A DNA stretch of 21,032 nt from a virus (taxonomy: Duplodnaviria > Heunggongvirae > Uroviricota > Caudoviricetes). Numbering within the stretch: the first letter of the stretch is position 1; each line of letters starts with the position of its first letter. Under the pieces are notes generated by a model. The model had not been told where the DNA came from, did not search any database, and saw only the letters and a list, made by a program, of their open reading frames with translations. A program made the position numbers and the translations under genes. Positions 7,681 to 15,784 of the stretch are shown in pieces. Location: the IMG/VR virus record IMGVR_UViG_3300047445_000122; one strand, written 5' to 3'.

Positions 7681-9792
7681 ATGGAACAATCACGTCCCTA
7701 TCAAGGGATCAGCATTGTCGAGTCTCGCACAGACTCGATGCCTGAATATTCACAGTACCTGATCAAGAATCACTACGCCAAGAACAACGAAACCGTCCAA
7801 GAAGCTATTGCCCGCGCAGCCATCTGCTGGGGCAGTAACCAGGCCCACTCCCAGCGCCTGTACGACTATGCCTCCAAAGGCTGGTTCATGTTCGCTAGTC
7901 CTGTGTTTTCCAATGCTGTTCTCCCCGGCGAAAAGCCACGTGCCCTCCCAATCAGCTGCTTCCTCCCATACGTCCCGGATGACGTACCAGGCCTGCTCTT
8001 CCAGAAAGTTGAGTTTGCCCTGCTGTCGGTAATGGGTGGTGGAGTTGGTCAGAGTTGGTCTGACGTTCGCCCAGTATCCAAGAAAGCCCCAGGCCCGATC
8101 CCGTTCATCCACGAGAATGACGGCGGCGTCCTGGCATGGAAGCAAGGTGCAACCCGCCGTGGTGCTCTCGCTGCCTATCTGAATGTCCAACACCCGGACA
8201 GCGCTGAATTCCTCAAGATTCGCACGCCGACCGGCGACAGCGACCGCAAGAGCCTGAACATCCACCACGCCTACAATGTCCCTGACTCCTACATGGAAGC
8301 AGTGATGTCTGGCGATGAGTCCTACCCGCTGATCAACCCGTCCAACAACCTCCAGGAAGGTGAACTCAACCCGCGTGAGCACTTCCATGAGACACTGACG
8401 ATCCGTGGTCGCACTGGCGAACCGTTCATGTACTTCATTGATACGGCCAACCGCGCTCTGCCTCTCCCACAACGTTTCCTGGGTCTCCGCACTCACGCCT
8501 CAAACCTGTGTACTGAGATTACCCTGGCGGCTGATCGCAAGCGCACCCCGGTATGCTGCCTGAGCTCAGCGAATGCCGAGAAGTATCCAGAGTACAAACA
8601 CATGCTCAAGCAGTTCATCCGTGACCTGGTTGAGATGCTGGACAACGTTCTGGAGTTCTTCATCAAGAACATCGACATCATCGCCAACAACTATGATGAC
8701 GAATTCGACCGTGAGTTCATCCGCATGATCCTGTCCAAGGTGCGCTACAGCGCTGAGCGCGAACGCTCGATTGGTCTGGGTCTGATGGGTTGGCACTACT
8801 TGCTCCAGCGCCTGGGTATTCCATATGAGTCCGAAGAAGCCATCGTGCTGAACGTACAAATCTGGGAAGACATCAAGACCGCAGCGCACGAAGCCTCCTG
8901 TGAACTGGGCGTTGAACGTGGCGTTCCTCCTGACATCCAGGAATACATCGCCAAGTGCAAGGAACAAGGTATTGAGCCTGATCCATACTGGGTCAACCGT
9001 CGCAACATGCACTTGCTGGCTATCGCCCCGAACGCCAACAACAGTGTGATCCTCGCCACCTCCGCATCTTGCGAACCAGTGTTCGCCAACCTGTACAGCC
9101 AGGAAATGCGCATCGGCACCTTCACTGTCAAGAATCGCTACCTGGAAGCGCTGTTGGAGACCTATGGCAAGAACACCGTAGAGACCTGGGATCAGATCGC
9201 TGATGATGGTGGCTCCGTGCAGAATCTGACTTTCTTGACCAACCGTGAACGTGCTACCTACCGGACGGCGATGGAAATGAATCAGCTGTGGGTTGTCCGT
9301 CATGCATCGACCCGCCAACCATTCGTTTGCCAAGCTCAATCAGTCAACTTCTACTTCCCACCAGGAACTGATATCAACTACGCCGCCGCTGTTCACGTGG
9401 CCGCATGGCGTGGTGGGCTGAAGAGTGTGTATTATTACCGTACAGAAACTGACACGAAAGTTGAACGCGTGTCGAAACAATTGGAGAAAGACACCTTGCA
9501 AGAAATCAAGAAAACCATCGTCTATGGTACCCCATCCTGTACCAAGTGCGGCGCGGCCAAAGCCCTGCTGACTGCTCAAGGCATCGAGTATGAGTATGTG
9601 GACCTGATCGCCCTGGGCAAGACCGCCGCTGAAGTGACTGGCCGTCCTGTTCGCTCCGTTCCGCAAATCTATGTCGCCGGTGAGTATGTTGGTGGCCTGG
9701 ATGAGCTGATGAAGTATCTGGCCGCTCGCAAGTCCCCAGACTCCGAAGAGGAAGGTGACGACAGTGGAGAGTGTGTAGCTTGCCAGGCTTGA
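7681..9792 (+). CDS. nrdA: Class I ribonucleotide reductase alpha subunit with an inserted glutaredoxin domain and no ATP cone
   Basis: PISCF, GGGVG, SNLCTEI, VCCLSS, AIAPNA, KSVYYYR, terminal CVAC; Grx-like segment YGTPSCTKC...RSVPQIY..GEYVGG. Confidence 0.97.
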   Translation: MEQSRPYQGISIVESRTDSMPEYSQYLIKNHYAKNNETVQEAIARAAICWGSNQAHSQRLYDYASKGWFMFASPVFSNAVLPGEKPRALPISCFLPYVPDDVPGLLFQKVEFALLSVMGGGVGQSWSDVRPVSKKAPGPIPFIHENDGGVLAWKQGATRRGALAAYLNVQHPDSAEFLKIRTPTGDSDRKSLNIHHAYNVPDSYMEAVMSGDESYPLINPSNNLQEGELNPREHFHETLTIRGRTGEPFMYFIDTANRALPLPQRFLGLRTHASNLCTEITLAADRKRTPVCCLSSANAEKYPEYKHMLKQFIRDLVEMLDNVLEFFIKNIDIIANNYDDEFDREFIRMILSKVRYSAERERSIGLGLMGWHYLLQRLGIPYESEEAIVLNVQIWEDIKTAAHEASCELGVERGVPPDIQEYIAKCKEQGIEPDPYWVNRRNMHLLAIAPNANNSVILATSASCEPVFANLYSQEMRIGTFTVKNRYLEALLETYGKNTVETWDQIADDGGSVQNLTFLTNRERATYRTAMEMNQLWVVRHASTRQPFVCQAQSVNFYFPPGTDINYAAAVHVAAWRGGLKSVYYYRTETDTKVERVSKQLEKDTLQEIKKTIVYGTPSCTKCGAAKALLTAQGIEYEYVDLIALGKTAAEVTGRPVRSVPQIYVAGEYVGGLDELMKYLAARKSPDSEEEGDDSGECVACQA

Positions 9793-9814
9793 TCGTCAAG
9801 ATCGACTGACGCGC

Positions 9815-9837
9815 CGGGAGGGTCTATGATCCTCCCG
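9815..9837 (+). other. Intergenic hairpin between nrdA and nrdB
   Basis: CGGGAGGGTC-TAT-GATCCTCCCG with no strong U tract. Confidence 0.6.
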
Positions 9838-9859
9838 CTTCACTTACAAGGACATACCA

Positions 9860-10927
9860 ATGCTGATCAAAGATTCCAAATCCCCGCTGTTCACCCATAG
9901 TCTGGTGTACCGCCCCTTCCGCTATGAATTCGCAGAGACCCTGCGGAAACAACACGAGCAAGTCCACTGGGTGCCTGAAGAGGCAGAAATCAGTGATGAC
10001 ATTGCCGACTGGCGCTTGAATTCGTCTGCTGACGAGCGCGCCAACATCAAGGCAAACCTGACCCTGTTCACCACTGGTGACGTGGCTGTGGCCTCGAACT
10101 ATGTGGACATGTTCCTGCCTGTCTTCAAGAACAACGAAATCCGCAACGCCCTACTCTCCATCGCCGCCCGTGAAGCAATCCACCAAGAGGCATACGCCCT
10201 GGTGAATGACACCTTCGGTCTCCCGGACAGCCTGTTCAGCAAGTTCAAAGAGTACAGTGAGATGCGCGACCGCGTGGACTTGATGTGTACCCGGTACGAC
10301 ATCGAGACTGTGGAAGGCGTAGCGCTGGCCCTCGCCCATACCGTCTTCAATGAAGGTGTGGCTCTGTTTGGCGCCTTCGTGAACCTGTTGAACTACAACC
10401 GCTTTGACGTCCCAGGATATCAAGGCAAGAAAGGCCGCTTCAAGGGCTTTGCGAAGATCAACAAGTGGTCTCTGCGCGAAGAGTCCCTGCACGTTGAGTT
10501 TGGCGCTGGTCTTCACAAGCAAGTTGTGAACGAACACATCAGCATCCTGAACGATGGTTTCAAGAAGCAGGTGTATGATATTGCCCGCGCCGCCGTGGCT
10601 GCTGAGGACAAGTACATTGACCTGGCCTTCTCCAACTTCCAACTGTACACCATCACCAAGGAAGAGGTCAAGCAGTACATTCGCTTCATGGCCGACCGCC
10701 GCTTGATCCAACTGGGCTACAAGCCTATCTTTGGCGTCAAGGACAACCCATGTCCATGGATCGATGAGATTCTGGGTGGCTCTGGTGGTAAGAAAATGGG
10801 CAACTTCTTCGAGGTTCGCATTGATGACTACTCTGCCGCTGGCGCCCTGACTGGCGAACTGGATTGGGACAAGGTCAAACTCATGTCCGATCCACAGACC
10901 AACTTCGGTTTGTCAACCCAAGCCTAA
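9860..10927 (+). CDS. nrdB: Class I ribonucleotide reductase beta subunit
   Basis: HWVPEE, FTTGD, REAIHQEAY (radical Tyr), EGVALFGAF, EESLH, NFFE...Y. Confidence 0.97.
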   Translation: MLIKDSKSPLFTHSLVYRPFRYEFAETLRKQHEQVHWVPEEAEISDDIADWRLNSSADERANIKANLTLFTTGDVAVASNYVDMFLPVFKNNEIRNALLSIAAREAIHQEAYALVNDTFGLPDSLFSKFKEYSEMRDRVDLMCTRYDIETVEGVALALAHTVFNEGVALFGAFVNLLNYNRFDVPGYQGKKGRFKGFAKINKWSLREESLHVEFGAGLHKQVVNEHISILNDGFKKQVYDIARAAVAAEDKYIDLAFSNFQLYTITKEEVKQYIRFMADRRLIQLGYKPIFGVKDNPCPWIDEILGGSGGKKMGNFFEVRIDDYSAAGALTGELDWDKVKLMSDPQTNFGLSTQA

Positions 10928-10941
10928 TAGGCAATATACAA

Positions 10942-10974
10942 TGGACGGGGTTATAATAGCCCCGTCCAATTTTT
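10942..10974 (+). terminator. Terminator after nrdB
   Basis: TGGACGGGG...CCCCGTCCA plus ATTTTT. Confidence 0.75.
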
Positions 10975-10989
10975 ACAAAGGAAACCCAA

Positions 10990-11484
10990 ATGACTTTCGC
11001 AGACAAAATCCAAGTGGTGCGCAGCACCTTTGAAGCCTACTCCACCGCCAAGGCAGGCACCCTGAAACTGGACATGAGTGTCCAAGATGTATACCAGGAC
11101 GATGTTCTGACTGGTGTGCGTCTGGTGATCCCGGTTGAACCCACCATCCAGGCTGTGTTCTGCCCTACTGAAGAGCATCCAGACCTCGTGGGCGTGTTCG
11201 TCTTCCCTGGTGATGACGCAGCGACTTCTGGTCAACACGTTCTGGAAATCGCCAACGCCATTCGCAGCACCGGCCTGAACCTGAATCCTGTTGTTGTCGG
11301 CGTGATCGCCCCGAACTACAGCCAGGAAGGCGTGAGCTTCACTGTCGCTCTGGATGAAGTGTATTCCATCTATGAGAACTTCATCCGCCGTCGCGCCCAA
11401 TGGCTGGATGAGCGCGATGCGAATGCCCCGCAAACCGTGGACGTGAAAGTTAACGTAACGGAAACAGGCATTACGCCGGAGTAA
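10990..11484 (+). CDS. Hypothetical protein, 164 aa
   Basis: AAGGA RBS, strongly phage-like codon usage, tandem TAATAA stop. Confidence 0.85.
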   Translation: MTFADKIQVVRSTFEAYSTAKAGTLKLDMSVQDVYQDDVLTGVRLVIPVEPTIQAVFCPTEEHPDLVGVFVFPGDDAATSGQHVLEIANAIRSTGLNLNPVVVGVIAPNYSQEGVSFTVALDEVYSIYENFIRRRAQWLDERDANAPQTVDVKVNVTETGITPE

Positions 11485-11546
11485 TAAACTGGTTGTGACT
11501 TGATGCTCTATATACTTGTATAACAACTAACAAGTTTTGGAGCATC

Positions 11547-11702
11547 ATGTCCCTAGTGAAATACACAACCGAGTGTCCGGCATGTGAGTACCCAGCGATC
11601 ATCGTTGTGGACCCCAACCTGGAACCTCCGAAATACTGCACACAGTGCAAGGCTCCACTCTCCGATAGTGAACAGCCTGAAACCGGCGAGGTCAAGCAAT
11701 GA
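11547..11702 (+). CDS. Small zinc-ribbon protein, 51 aa (absent from the ORF track)
   Basis: GGAG RBS; MSLVKYTTECPACEYPAIIVVDPNLEPPKYCTQCKAPLSDSEQPETGEVKQ*; two CxxC motifs; ATGA overlap with the next gene. Confidence 0.85.
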   Translation: MSLVKYTTECPACEYPAIIVVDPNLEPPKYCTQCKAPLSDSEQPETGEVKQ

Positions 11703-12265
11703 TCATCGCCGGCATCGACTACTCAATGTCATGTCCTGCGATCAGCGTTCATGATACCTCCCTCCCGCTGATGTTCGACAATTTGAAGTTGTATGCTCTC
11801 AGCTCCGGGGCCAAAAAATACCTGGGCTCTTGGGGATATAACAGCAATGTGTTGATCGAACCCCAGCAAAAGGAACACGACAGCCCTGAGACACGTTATT
11901 TGGCTATTGCTGATTGGACAATCTCTATCCTGGTAAGTAATAGGGTGGAAGAGGTTGTTCTGGAAGGCTACGCCCTTGGCGCCTCTGCCGGTCTCGTGTT
12001 CAACATCGCAGAAAACACCTCAGTGTTGAAGCAAAAGCTCCGCGCTGCCGGGATCAAGTTCACCACACCATCGCCCTCCGTGGCCAAGAAGCGCTTGTCA
12101 GGCAAGGGCAACTCCAAGAAGCCTGATATGTGCCAAGCATTCACAGACAAGTTCGGGGTCTCCTTGAGCGCGACCCTGGGTTGTAAGCCTGGCGACACTC
12201 CTGAGAATGACCTTGTGGACGCGACTGCGAACCTCATGACGCACCCAATGTTGGTGAACTCATGA
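11699..12265 (+). CDS. RuvC-like Holliday junction resolvase
   Basis: IAGIDYS (catalytic D), VVLEGY (E), SGKGNSKK, DLVDA (D/D). Confidence 0.88.
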   Translation: MIIAGIDYSMSCPAISVHDTSLPLMFDNLKLYALSSGAKKYLGSWGYNSNVLIEPQQKEHDSPETRYLAIADWTISILVSNRVEEVVLEGYALGASAGLVFNIAENTSVLKQKLRAAGIKFTTPSPSVAKKRLSGKGNSKKPDMCQAFTDKFGVSLSATLGCKPGDTPENDLVDATANLMTHPMLVNS

Positions 12266-12393
12266 AATGGATTGTGCTCGGATTCATGGCTGTCTTGAGC
12301 TGGATGGAGCGAAAGAAAATCTGGCGCACTATCAAGACCCAATTCAAGAAATACAGCAAGAAAGGACAAGACAGTGGAAAAACTGTACTTTGA
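12262..12393 (+). CDS. Putative small membrane-associated basic protein, 43 aa
   Basis: ATGA overlap with the resolvase stop; MKWIVLGFMAVLSWMERKKIWRTIKTQFKKYSKKGQDSGKTVL*; fills the gap to the next gene. Confidence 0.55.
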   Translation: MKWIVLGFMAVLSWMERKKIWRTIKTQFKKYSKKGQDSGKTVL

Positions 12394-12862
12394 TGGCGAA
12401 GACAGCCTGGACTCAATCGTTCAATGGGTTGCCGAGCCACATGATATCAAGGAGCGGGTTGAGCGTCTGCGGACAGCCTGTTCCAAGTCGCTTGGCTTCA
12501 GCATCTTCATCAGTGAGACGTTCAAGCCAACGCTGACATTCAAGGAGTTGTTTGACAATGGTCTTCCATTCGTGGTCCGGCCTCTCCCTTTGGGGCGCTG
12601 GGGTCAAATCCCGTTTGAGCGACTCATGAAGGAGTTGCCGAAGTTCTCAGACAAATCCACAATCCTCCCGATTTACCGACGCACTCAGCTTTTGAATTCT
12701 CTGGACGAGACACTTGCTCCAGACGCGAAGTTGATTGAGGGTCTGGTCCGGGGTCAATCAGTGTTGACCGACAAGATCAATACCCAAGTCGTTCAACTCG
12801 CCTTCCCGGACATCCATCTGGGGGAGGTAAATGGACAATCGCCAAAGGCAGAATCTCCCTGA
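12374..12862 (+). CDS. Conserved hypothetical protein of T4-like phages
   Basis: AAGGA RBS before GTG. The QLLNSLDETLAPDAKLI...VVQLAFPDI pattern resembles, from memory, a conserved T4-like hypothetical family. Confidence 0.75.
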   Translation: MEKLYFDGEDSLDSIVQWVAEPHDIKERVERLRTACSKSLGFSIFISETFKPTLTFKELFDNGLPFVVRPLPLGRWGQIPFERLMKELPKFSDKSTILPIYRRTQLLNSLDETLAPDAKLIEGLVRGQSVLTDKINTQVVQLAFPDIHLGEVNGQSPKAESP

Positions 12863-12910
12863 AAGAGATTGGCTGGTTGATCCTCAGTTACATCACTGCC
12901 CGTTGAGTTG

Positions 12911-12945
12911 AGCCCTGGGTCTATTGACCTGGGGCTTTCCTTTTT
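12911..12945 (+). terminator. Rho-independent terminator overlapping the next promoter
   Basis: AGCCCTGGGTC-TATT-GACCTGGGGCT plus TTCCTTTTT. Confidence 0.8.
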
Positions 12946-12964
12946 CCTGGATGTGGTTTATAAT
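12936..12964 (+). promoter_or_regulatory. Probable sigma70-type promoter for the cell-wall hydrolase
   Basis: TTTCCT 12936-12941, 17 bp, TATAAT 12959-12964. Confidence 0.55.
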
Positions 12965-12993
12965 TCCCCTTCCACTAGACGAAAGAGAACTGT

Positions 12994-13467
12994 ATGATTA
13001 CACAAGGTATCATCAGTGTCGTGCTAGCGACACTCCTGAACACCGGCCAGTTCCCGGATAATGTCTCTCACAAAGAGGTTGTCTGTATGGCTGAGGCGGT
13101 GTTCTTCGAGGCCAAGAGTGAGAATCAAGCAGGCAAGGAAGCTGTAGCCAGTGTGATTCTCAATCGAACGCGATCAGGTAAATTCCCAAGCACAGTGTGC
13201 GGCGTGACCTCCCAGAAAGGTCAATTTCAGTACAAGAGAGTACCAAGCCGTAAGGTCTTTGACAGCGACCAGCGCAACGCAGAGGAATCAGCATTGATCG
13301 CTATCAAAGCCCTCAATGGTGGGATCGTTGACCCCACCAAAGGCTCACTGTACTTTGTAAACAACCGGATCGCAACTCATACCGATTGGTTGGTGAATGT
13401 GAAACAGACTGTCCGCATCGGCCAGCACACGTTCTACAAAGACCGCCCAAAGAAGTCCAAGAAGTAA
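12994..13467 (+). CDS. Cell-wall hydrolase, SleB/Hydrolase_2 family
   Basis: CMAEAVFFEAKSE (catalytic E), VILNR, FPSTVCGV, GQF, DPTKGSLYF, IGQHTFY; hydrophobic N-terminus. Confidence 0.92.
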   Translation: MITQGIISVVLATLLNTGQFPDNVSHKEVVCMAEAVFFEAKSENQAGKEAVASVILNRTRSGKFPSTVCGVTSQKGQFQYKRVPSRKVFDSDQRNAEESALIAIKALNGGIVDPTKGSLYFVNNRIATHTDWLVNVKQTVRIGQHTFYKDRPKKSKK

Positions 13468-13558
13468 TCCACCGGTCATCCGACCACAGCGCTGGGCGTC
13501 CTGTCCAGCGCTCCCTCCCTCTGTAGTACCAGATTCCAATTGATAAAGGAGAATTATC

Positions 13559-14554
13559 ATAGGCGCGAAGGCAAAAACTATCCGCAAGGTCATGAAGGCC
13601 AAGCTTGATGAATGGATTGAATCCATTGAGAACGATGAACTGAAGGCCGCTGTGAAGCGTGATGCCTTCGTCACCGGAGGTAGCATCGCCTCCATGTTGA
13701 TTGGCGAGTCCATCAAGGACTTCGACATCTACTTCAAGACCAAAGAGACCACTACTGCCGTGGCCCGGTACTATGCATACAAGTTCATGCAGCTGAATCC
13801 AAACAGCATCGAACCTCAAGTGCGCCACGAGACCATCACCAATCTCAACGGCGTGAATGAAGACCGCGTTGTGATTTGGGTACAATCTGCTGGAGCTGCT
13901 GGCGAAGCCGCAGAGAAGGGCACATACAGCTACTTCGAGCAGAGCGACAATGCGGATGGCGACCTGGCCGACGCCTATGTTGAGAGTCTGGTTGGGAAGT
14001 CGGAGGACAAGGATGTCTCGAAGTCCAAGGACAGCTACCGCCCTGTGTTCCTGTCCCAGAACGCTATCACTCTGTCGGACCATGTCCAACTTGTGATCCG
14101 CTTCTACGGTCAGCCTGAAGACATCTACAAAAACTATGACTTCATCCACGTACAACAGCACTATGACTATGAGACCGACACCCTGGTGTTGAATCCAAAG
14201 TCGCTGGAAGCACTGTTGAGCCGTACCCTGATCTACACCGGCTCCCTGTATCCTGTCTGCTCCGTGTTCCGCGCCAAGAAGTTCATCACGCGGGAATGGA
14301 AGATCAGCGCTGGTCAACTCCTGAAGATGTGCTTCCAGCTTCGCAAGATCAACTGGAACGACTCGAAGATGGTGCGCGAACAGCTCACCGGAGTGGACGC
14401 TGCTTACTTCCACCAACTCATCAACAAGCTGGAAGCTCACCAAGAGTCCCTGGCCTTGGAGAACGAGGCAAACGGCGGCATCGGCGCTGTCGACATCGAT
14501 GATGTGTACCTTGTGAAGTTGATCGATGAAATCTTTGAAGGGCAGGTGTTCTGA
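13559..14554 (+). CDS. Pol-beta-superfamily nucleotidyltransferase-like protein; probable ATA start at 13559 (first ATG at 13592)
   Basis: FVTGGSIASM...KDFDIYF (GG/DxD motif), NAITL, VQLV, YDF.H; AAGGAG lies 7 nt before an in-frame ATA. Confidence 0.8.
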   Translation: MGAKAKTIRKVMKAKLDEWIESIENDELKAAVKRDAFVTGGSIASMLIGESIKDFDIYFKTKETTTAVARYYAYKFMQLNPNSIEPQVRHETITNLNGVNEDRVVIWVQSAGAAGEAAEKGTYSYFEQSDNADGDLADAYVESLVGKSEDKDVSKSKDSYRPVFLSQNAITLSDHVQLVIRFYGQPEDIYKNYDFIHVQQHYDYETDTLVLNPKSLEALLSRTLIYTGSLYPVCSVFRAKKFITREWKISAGQLLKMCFQLRKINWNDSKMVREQLTGVDAAYFHQLINKLEAHQESLALENEANGGIGAVDIDDVYLVKLIDEIFEGQVF

Positions 14555-14613
14555 TGGCCGCCTTCCTTCTCATCGTTGTGTTGCTACTGTTGCGTTCAAG
14601 CAGGAGGCACTAA
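14554..14613 (+). CDS. Putative 19-aa hydrophobic micropeptide
   Basis: MAAFLLIVVLLLLRSSRRH*, joined by TGATG upstream and TAATG downstream. Confidence 0.5.
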   Translation: MAAFLLIVVLLLLRSSRRH

Positions 14614-14813
14614 TGCCTGATGAATTCCGCATCATGACCGTGTCGCCTGCACTCCAAAACAGGCTGAACAATCTGGCTGCTAAACACGGCCTGTCCAAAC
14701 TCAGCATCTTCCCCGGAACCGATCCCGGAGCAACAGACGATCAAGTGGTTGCAGCAGTTGAGAAAGCCATCGTTGATATTGCTTCTGGCGACTATGAGGA
14801 AGTCCAGGACTGA
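14613..14813 (+). CDS. Hypothetical protein, 66 aa
   Basis: AGGAGG RBS before ATG 14613. Confidence 0.8.
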   Translation: MPDEFRIMTVSPALQNRLNNLAAKHGLSKLSIFPGTDPGATDDQVVAAVEKAIVDIASGDYEEVQD

Positions 14814-14850
14814 GGCTATAATAGAACCCTCCCAACGATAGGAGCCTACC

Positions 14851-15099
14851 ATTCCAGCCTATGACTATGAATGTGTAGGGTGCAAAACGCTGTTTGAAGC
14901 AATTCTCAAAATCTCGGAGCGCAATGCTCCAACAGAAGCACCCTGCCCAACCTGTGGCGAACTCAAAGTTGAGTCTCGTCTGACCCGCGCACCTGGCCTC
15001 GTGGCCACGGCCTACACCAACCTCAAACCTCCTTCAGGCTTCAAGGACATCTTGACGAAGATGAAGAAGGAAAACCCCCGCTCAACAATCGACGTATGA
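14851..15099 (+). CDS. FmdB-like zinc-ribbon regulatory protein with ATT start (absent from the ORF track)
   Basis: (M)PAYDYECVGCKTLFE...PCPTCG...KPPSGFKDILTKMKKENPRSTIDV*; AGGAG 6 nt before ATT; ATGA overlap with gp33; TATAAT at 14817-14822. Confidence 0.88.
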   Translation: MPAYDYECVGCKTLFEAILKISERNAPTEAPCPTCGELKVESRLTRAPGLVATAYTNLKPPSGFKDILTKMKKENPRSTIDV

Positions 15100-15380
15100 A
15101 ACAAACCGCCCCCGAAATCCCAGGCCTGGAAAATGGCCTGGTTGGGGTCGTCATGACCACTGAGCTGTTCTCTGATGAGATCGAGCGCCGTATCAACTCC
15201 GGTGAGGATGATTCCTACATCGAAGCTGTGGCCCGCTTCATCGAGGAGCTGGATCAAGACGCCTCCGACATGGTACAGTACCTCTCCCCCACACTGGTCG
15301 GTAAAATCCAAGCAGAAGCCCTGAAACGGGGCATGATGAAGGAAAAGAACCGTTCAGCCTCCCTCCTGGACATGCTCTGA
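15096..15380 (+). CDS. gp33-like late-transcription coactivator
   Basis: FSDEIE...SYIEAV..F.EE.D.D......LSPTLVGKIQAEA pattern; synteny with gp32. Confidence 0.88.
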   Translation: MKQTAPEIPGLENGLVGVVMTTELFSDEIERRINSGEDDSYIEAVARFIEELDQDASDMVQYLSPTLVGKIQAEALKRGMMKEKNRSASLLDML

Positions 15381-15700
15381 TGTCCAACTCCACTCCCCAC
15401 TTCAATGGTCTGACCCCGGCGGAACTGGAACGCCTTGCCATCCTGGCTGAAGAAGCCGGTGAAATCGTACAGGCAGTCAACAAGATCATCCGCCACGGCT
15501 ATGAGTCCTATAATCCCAACATTCCCGGAGCGCCCACGAATCGGGAAGACTTGGAACGCGAGATTGGAGATTTCACGGCAGCTCTTCAGAGTTTGGTCAA
15601 CCAAGGTGATTTGAATCCAGACAACATTGAGATGTATCGCAAGGAAAAGGTGAAGCGCGTCTGGGTCTATCTCCATCACCAGCCTCTCCCGACCAACTAA
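15380..15700 (+). CDS. MazG-like NTP pyrophosphohydrolase
   Basis: LAILAEEAGEIVQAVNKIIRHG...LEREIGD (EExxE...ExxD). Confidence 0.85.
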   Translation: MSNSTPHFNGLTPAELERLAILAEEAGEIVQAVNKIIRHGYESYNPNIPGAPTNREDLEREIGDFTAALQSLVNQGDLNPDNIEMYRKEKVKRVWVYLHHQPLPTN

Positions 15701-15784
15701 GTAACAGGTAACAAACGGCAGACCCAAACCGAGCACGCTAAATTGGGAATACCATCCAAATAACCTGAATAAGGAAAACATCAA

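Noticed and set aside
7681-10927. Intron or intein in nrdA/nrdB
   Set aside because: Both frames are continuous with all motifs in order; the only large insertion is the Grx domain.
12267-12536. 89-aa ORF from the track
   Set aside because: It overlaps the better-supported 12374-12862 gene extensively; the 12262-12393 frame fits the gap better.
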